Part shown: positions 50,075 to 53,143 of the stretch, piece after piece | Numbering within the stretch: the first letter of the stretch is position 1 | Layout of the letters: every line of letters begins with the position of its first letter | NCBI RefSeq assembly: GCF_001194135.2 | Contig: NC_068990.1 | Span: 69,225,378-69,278,520 of the forward strand | DNA: 53,143 nucleotides | Source: Octopus bimaculoides | Lineage: Eukaryota | Reading direction: 5' to 3' | The notes under the pieces: generated by a model | Told to the model about the DNA's origin: nothing | The model's input: only the letters and a program-made list of their open reading frames with translations | Database searches by the model: none | Position numbers and translations under genes: made by a program

Positions 50075-50625
50075 GTGAGAGAGCAGTGCATGCCATCAAA
50101 GTGAAACTGGGGTAAAATATACGAAGCCCAGTATACCCATCATGACTACCCGTCTGATAAGGGTACACCAGGCACATACTTCACAACTATATGTCCGTGA
50201 TGTGGTAATTTCATATCATGATAAGCAGTGCATCACCTCGCAGGTGGGGCCCAGCTAGAGTTTTCTTCAGATCAAGTAGCTCATCCCATTCAAAAGGTTC
50301 CTGAATGAGGATTGTTTAAGGATGTTGAACGAAACACCCATGTCTCCAAAGGTGAATTATCCAAACCCCACAAATTCCTTTCAACAAATGGCTATGATGC
50401 TCCCCCACTATTTCTGCTCGTGATCAGAGATGCACATATCGTCAGCCACCAAAGGAATGCTCAACTGGTTAAGGTCAAACAACTGACAAGCAAATCTGTG
50501 GTATTGAGCAGAATATTTGCTGTAGCCCATCTTTTATACCAAAGCAAAACAATGTACATGATAACACTTCCAATCAGTTAAGATCAGAAGCCATGAGAGC
50601 CACTGCCTGGTACTGCATCAGGACA
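50075..50625. mobile_element. ~550-bp non-coding interspersed repeat embedded in (TTA)n
   Basis: Flanked on both sides by (TTA)n arrays; resembles, from memory, a common octopus repeat; no coding homology. Confidence 0.55.
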
Positions 50626-50719
50626 TTATTATTATTATTATGATTATTATCATCATCATTATTATTATTATTATTATTTTCTGATTGATTTGCATTTTAT
50701 TTCATCTTCAGCCTGGATC

Positions 50720-52560
50720 TCAACCAGAAACCTAAGGCATGTATATACTAGATGGAGAGAAATGTCCTGAGAATGTAGGCGGTTGACGTCAACACAGTAT
50801 TTTCAGTTTCATAGATTGTTGGTTTCCCAGGGATCTGGTCAATAAATTTGTCAGTACATTTCTTGATCATTCACAGGGCACCCACAACAACAGGAATGGT
50901 TTTGGTTTTTAATTTCCACGTCTTAGATTTCTCAATCTCAAGGTCCTTATATTTCGGCAGTTTTCCAAATTTCTTTGCTGAAATGTTTCTTATTTCTTTA
51001 CTGCCCATAAGGGGCTACACACAGAGGGGACAAACAAGGACAAACAAACAGATTAAGTCGATTATATCGACCTCAGTGCGTAAATGGTACTTATTTAATC
51101 GACCCCGAAGGGATGAAAAGCAAAGTCGACCTCGGCGGAATTTGAACTCAGAACGTAACGGCAGACGAAATACCGCTAAGCATTTCGCCCGGCGTGCTAA
51201 CGTTTCTGCCAGCTCACCGCCTTTGCTGAATTTTTTCTATCAGTTGGCACTGTCATATCAGTTAACAGGTATGTTTTTTGTTTTAGCATTTATTTACCTC
51301 TCTGTACGTATCCTATAATCCCGCAATCCCATAAAACGGTAATATTCTCTCCCTCAATGACTGGCTAGGGTAGTATTTATACCAGTTCTTAGGATGCGGG
51401 ATATCATAGGACGGTATATGCTCCAGTGCAAGTATTGGCCAATTCTATCATGTCTGGTTTTATATTCTGTAGAGGCAAGGACTGAGCAACCGGCAACTAT
51501 GTGGTCAATATTCTCAACATCGCCATTGCAGAGTCTACCTCACTGTGTATGACATTAGCTTGATNNNNNNNNNNCATTGCAGAGTCTACCTCACTGTGTA
51601 TGACATTAGCTTGATAGTTCCAGGTGTGCCACTAGGATAAATCCTTCTGGTTCGGCTTTCAAACCAGCACTCTGCAGTTACTTATAAGTTCTTCTCATAT
51701 TTTCTCATATCTTCATCAGTTTCCCCCAGATGTTTGGATAATTGCTGATGCAATGGTTTTTCTTGCTACAGTCTCGATATTTCCTTCAAGCTTTCCTGTT
51801 TGGCTTTTGTTTTACACCTTTTTTTTTTTTGCTGTCTTAGTGGGTGCTGTATCCTCCTTATCCTCATCGTAATCAGGGAGGTTAAACTCTCGTCTATATT
51901 TATATACTTCCTTTGAGATTGAGTGCAGTTTTTTATTCTGTCCGTGTTGGCTTACCAGATGTATCATCCAGTCGGTGTTACTTTGGATGTACATTTGGAG
52001 TCCTATCGTGGTCGTTTTATAGGACGTTTCAAGTTGGATTAGACCTCTACCACCTTCCTTCCGTGGGAGATAGAACCTGTGGACGTCTGATTTTGGGTTC
52101 TGCATCATAAGTCTTGGTACTTACCGACTTTCTCGTTATCTGTCTTAACAACACTTTAGTGGGCAGGTACAGCTACGTCGATGCAAGTCCATTCTCTGAA
52201 CTCCTCCAGTAGGAGAGTGATATCAGATCGGTTATATTGCAGCCTTTTGACTGTATATATTGGCATATTCCATGTGAGTCTCACTTGATCATTCTCTGTA
52301 CTGGTAAAGGCTGGTGCTCGTAGTAATTATTGAAACATTCTAGGCTATACTTCTTGCACAATTCCTTGTGGTCAAATTTTGAGCATCCACTAATCATATG
52401 TCAAACTGTCTCTGATGATTTTCTTCATAGTCTATACAAAGGGGATGTTACTGTCTTACCAATGCTACACTTGACTGAGTTGTTTCGTAAAGCTTGTTCT
52501 TGAGCAATAAGTATCAGTCCTTCCGTTTCCTCCTTTAAAATCCCTATCTTAACCATTTCC
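50720..52560 (-). mobile_element. Second R4/Dong-clade copy: post-RT region, CCHC and restriction-like endonuclease
   Basis: PKSDVHRFYLPRKEGGRGL; [30 protein letters not shown]; KYKDLEIE..W..KTIPVVVGAL. Confidence 0.88.
50991..51223 (-). mobile_element. Full-length tRNA-derived SINE inserted in the R4 element
   Basis: Highly similar to the first unit at 5060; TSD tgctgaaatgtttct (50976-50990) / tgctgaattttttct (51224-51238). Confidence 0.92.
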
Positions 52561-52978
52561 AAGATTCTTCATCCGCTTTTTCTTGAAAAACTCTCCGTTT
52601 AGGTTTTTCTCTTTCCAGTTGATGATTTTTTTCTCTATTAGTTTCCTTGTGGGGGAGGTCTCTACATTGCCATTGATCACCTTCCCATTTAATGCAGCCT
52701 GCAACATTTTTCATCCCTATTCCTCAGGCATACAAGGACTTGATCTTGTTCACAATACAACCTTCTATTCCAACCAGTCCTCTTCCATCTTGCCTAAATA
52801 AATATAGCCTTACTACGTTACTTTTAACATGGAGACATTCATGCATAGACATTACTTTCCTAGTTTTTCTTTATCGGAATTTAGTGGAAACACCCACACG
52901 GAAACATAGGGGAGCCACCCCACCAGAAAAAAGTAAGTAGAGCCTTTTCTCCTCTAATACTTTCCTTTTTTAAAAAAC

Positions 52979-53143
52979 ATGGTAATTCTCAGGATCGGAA
53001 GCATAAATGTGAGAGGCCTCGGGTCGCCTTGGAAACAAGGTCACCTGTTGAACGACCTGAGGTCTTACAGTGTAGATGTAACAGCCATTAGCGAAACCAG
53101 GCTCTCCAACCCGCAGGAACTCGCAGCCCTTTTTGGCGGATAC
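52979..53143 (+). mobile_element. L1/Tx1-type ORF2 start (APE endonuclease N-terminus), runs off the window
   Basis: MVILRIGSINVRGLGSPWKQGHLLNDLRSYSVDVTAISETRLS; a possible ORF1 tail ends at 52940. Confidence 0.85.

Noticed and set aside
51524-51615. 41-bp direct repeat on both sides of a 10-N gap
   Set aside because: Typical unmerged contig overlap, an assembly artefact

Overview
Repeat-dominated animal genomic scaffold with 11 N-gaps and many microsatellites. The SINE/LINE families look like those of a coleoid cephalopod, probably Octopus (inferred from family motifs, no database search). I found no intact protein-coding gene that I can recognise. The window is mostly decayed mobile elements: RTE LINEs (at least 8 pieces), an L1/Tx1-type LINE plus the start of a second at the right edge, two CR1/Jockey-group fragments, two R4/Dong-type elements, a deleted Ty3/Gypsy element with its 3' LTR, LTR-like non-coding elements, Penelope-like termini, a mariner transposase pseudogene, pogo/hAT/foldback MITEs and about 15 tRNA-derived SINE pieces. 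The one clearly cellular sequence is a 211-bp frameshifted SDHA fragment at 13806-14016. Other points of interest are a ~98% identical 570-bp inverted duplication, hammerhead-ribozyme-like cores in Penelope-type termini, a PHD finger inside an RTE reverse transcriptase, and a CpG-poor domain (~15.5-43 kb) with an RFX X-box beside it that may mark an unannotated host gene. Most ORFs in the supplied track are microsatellite, N-gap or antisense artefacts. All identities, counts and element boundaries are by eye.
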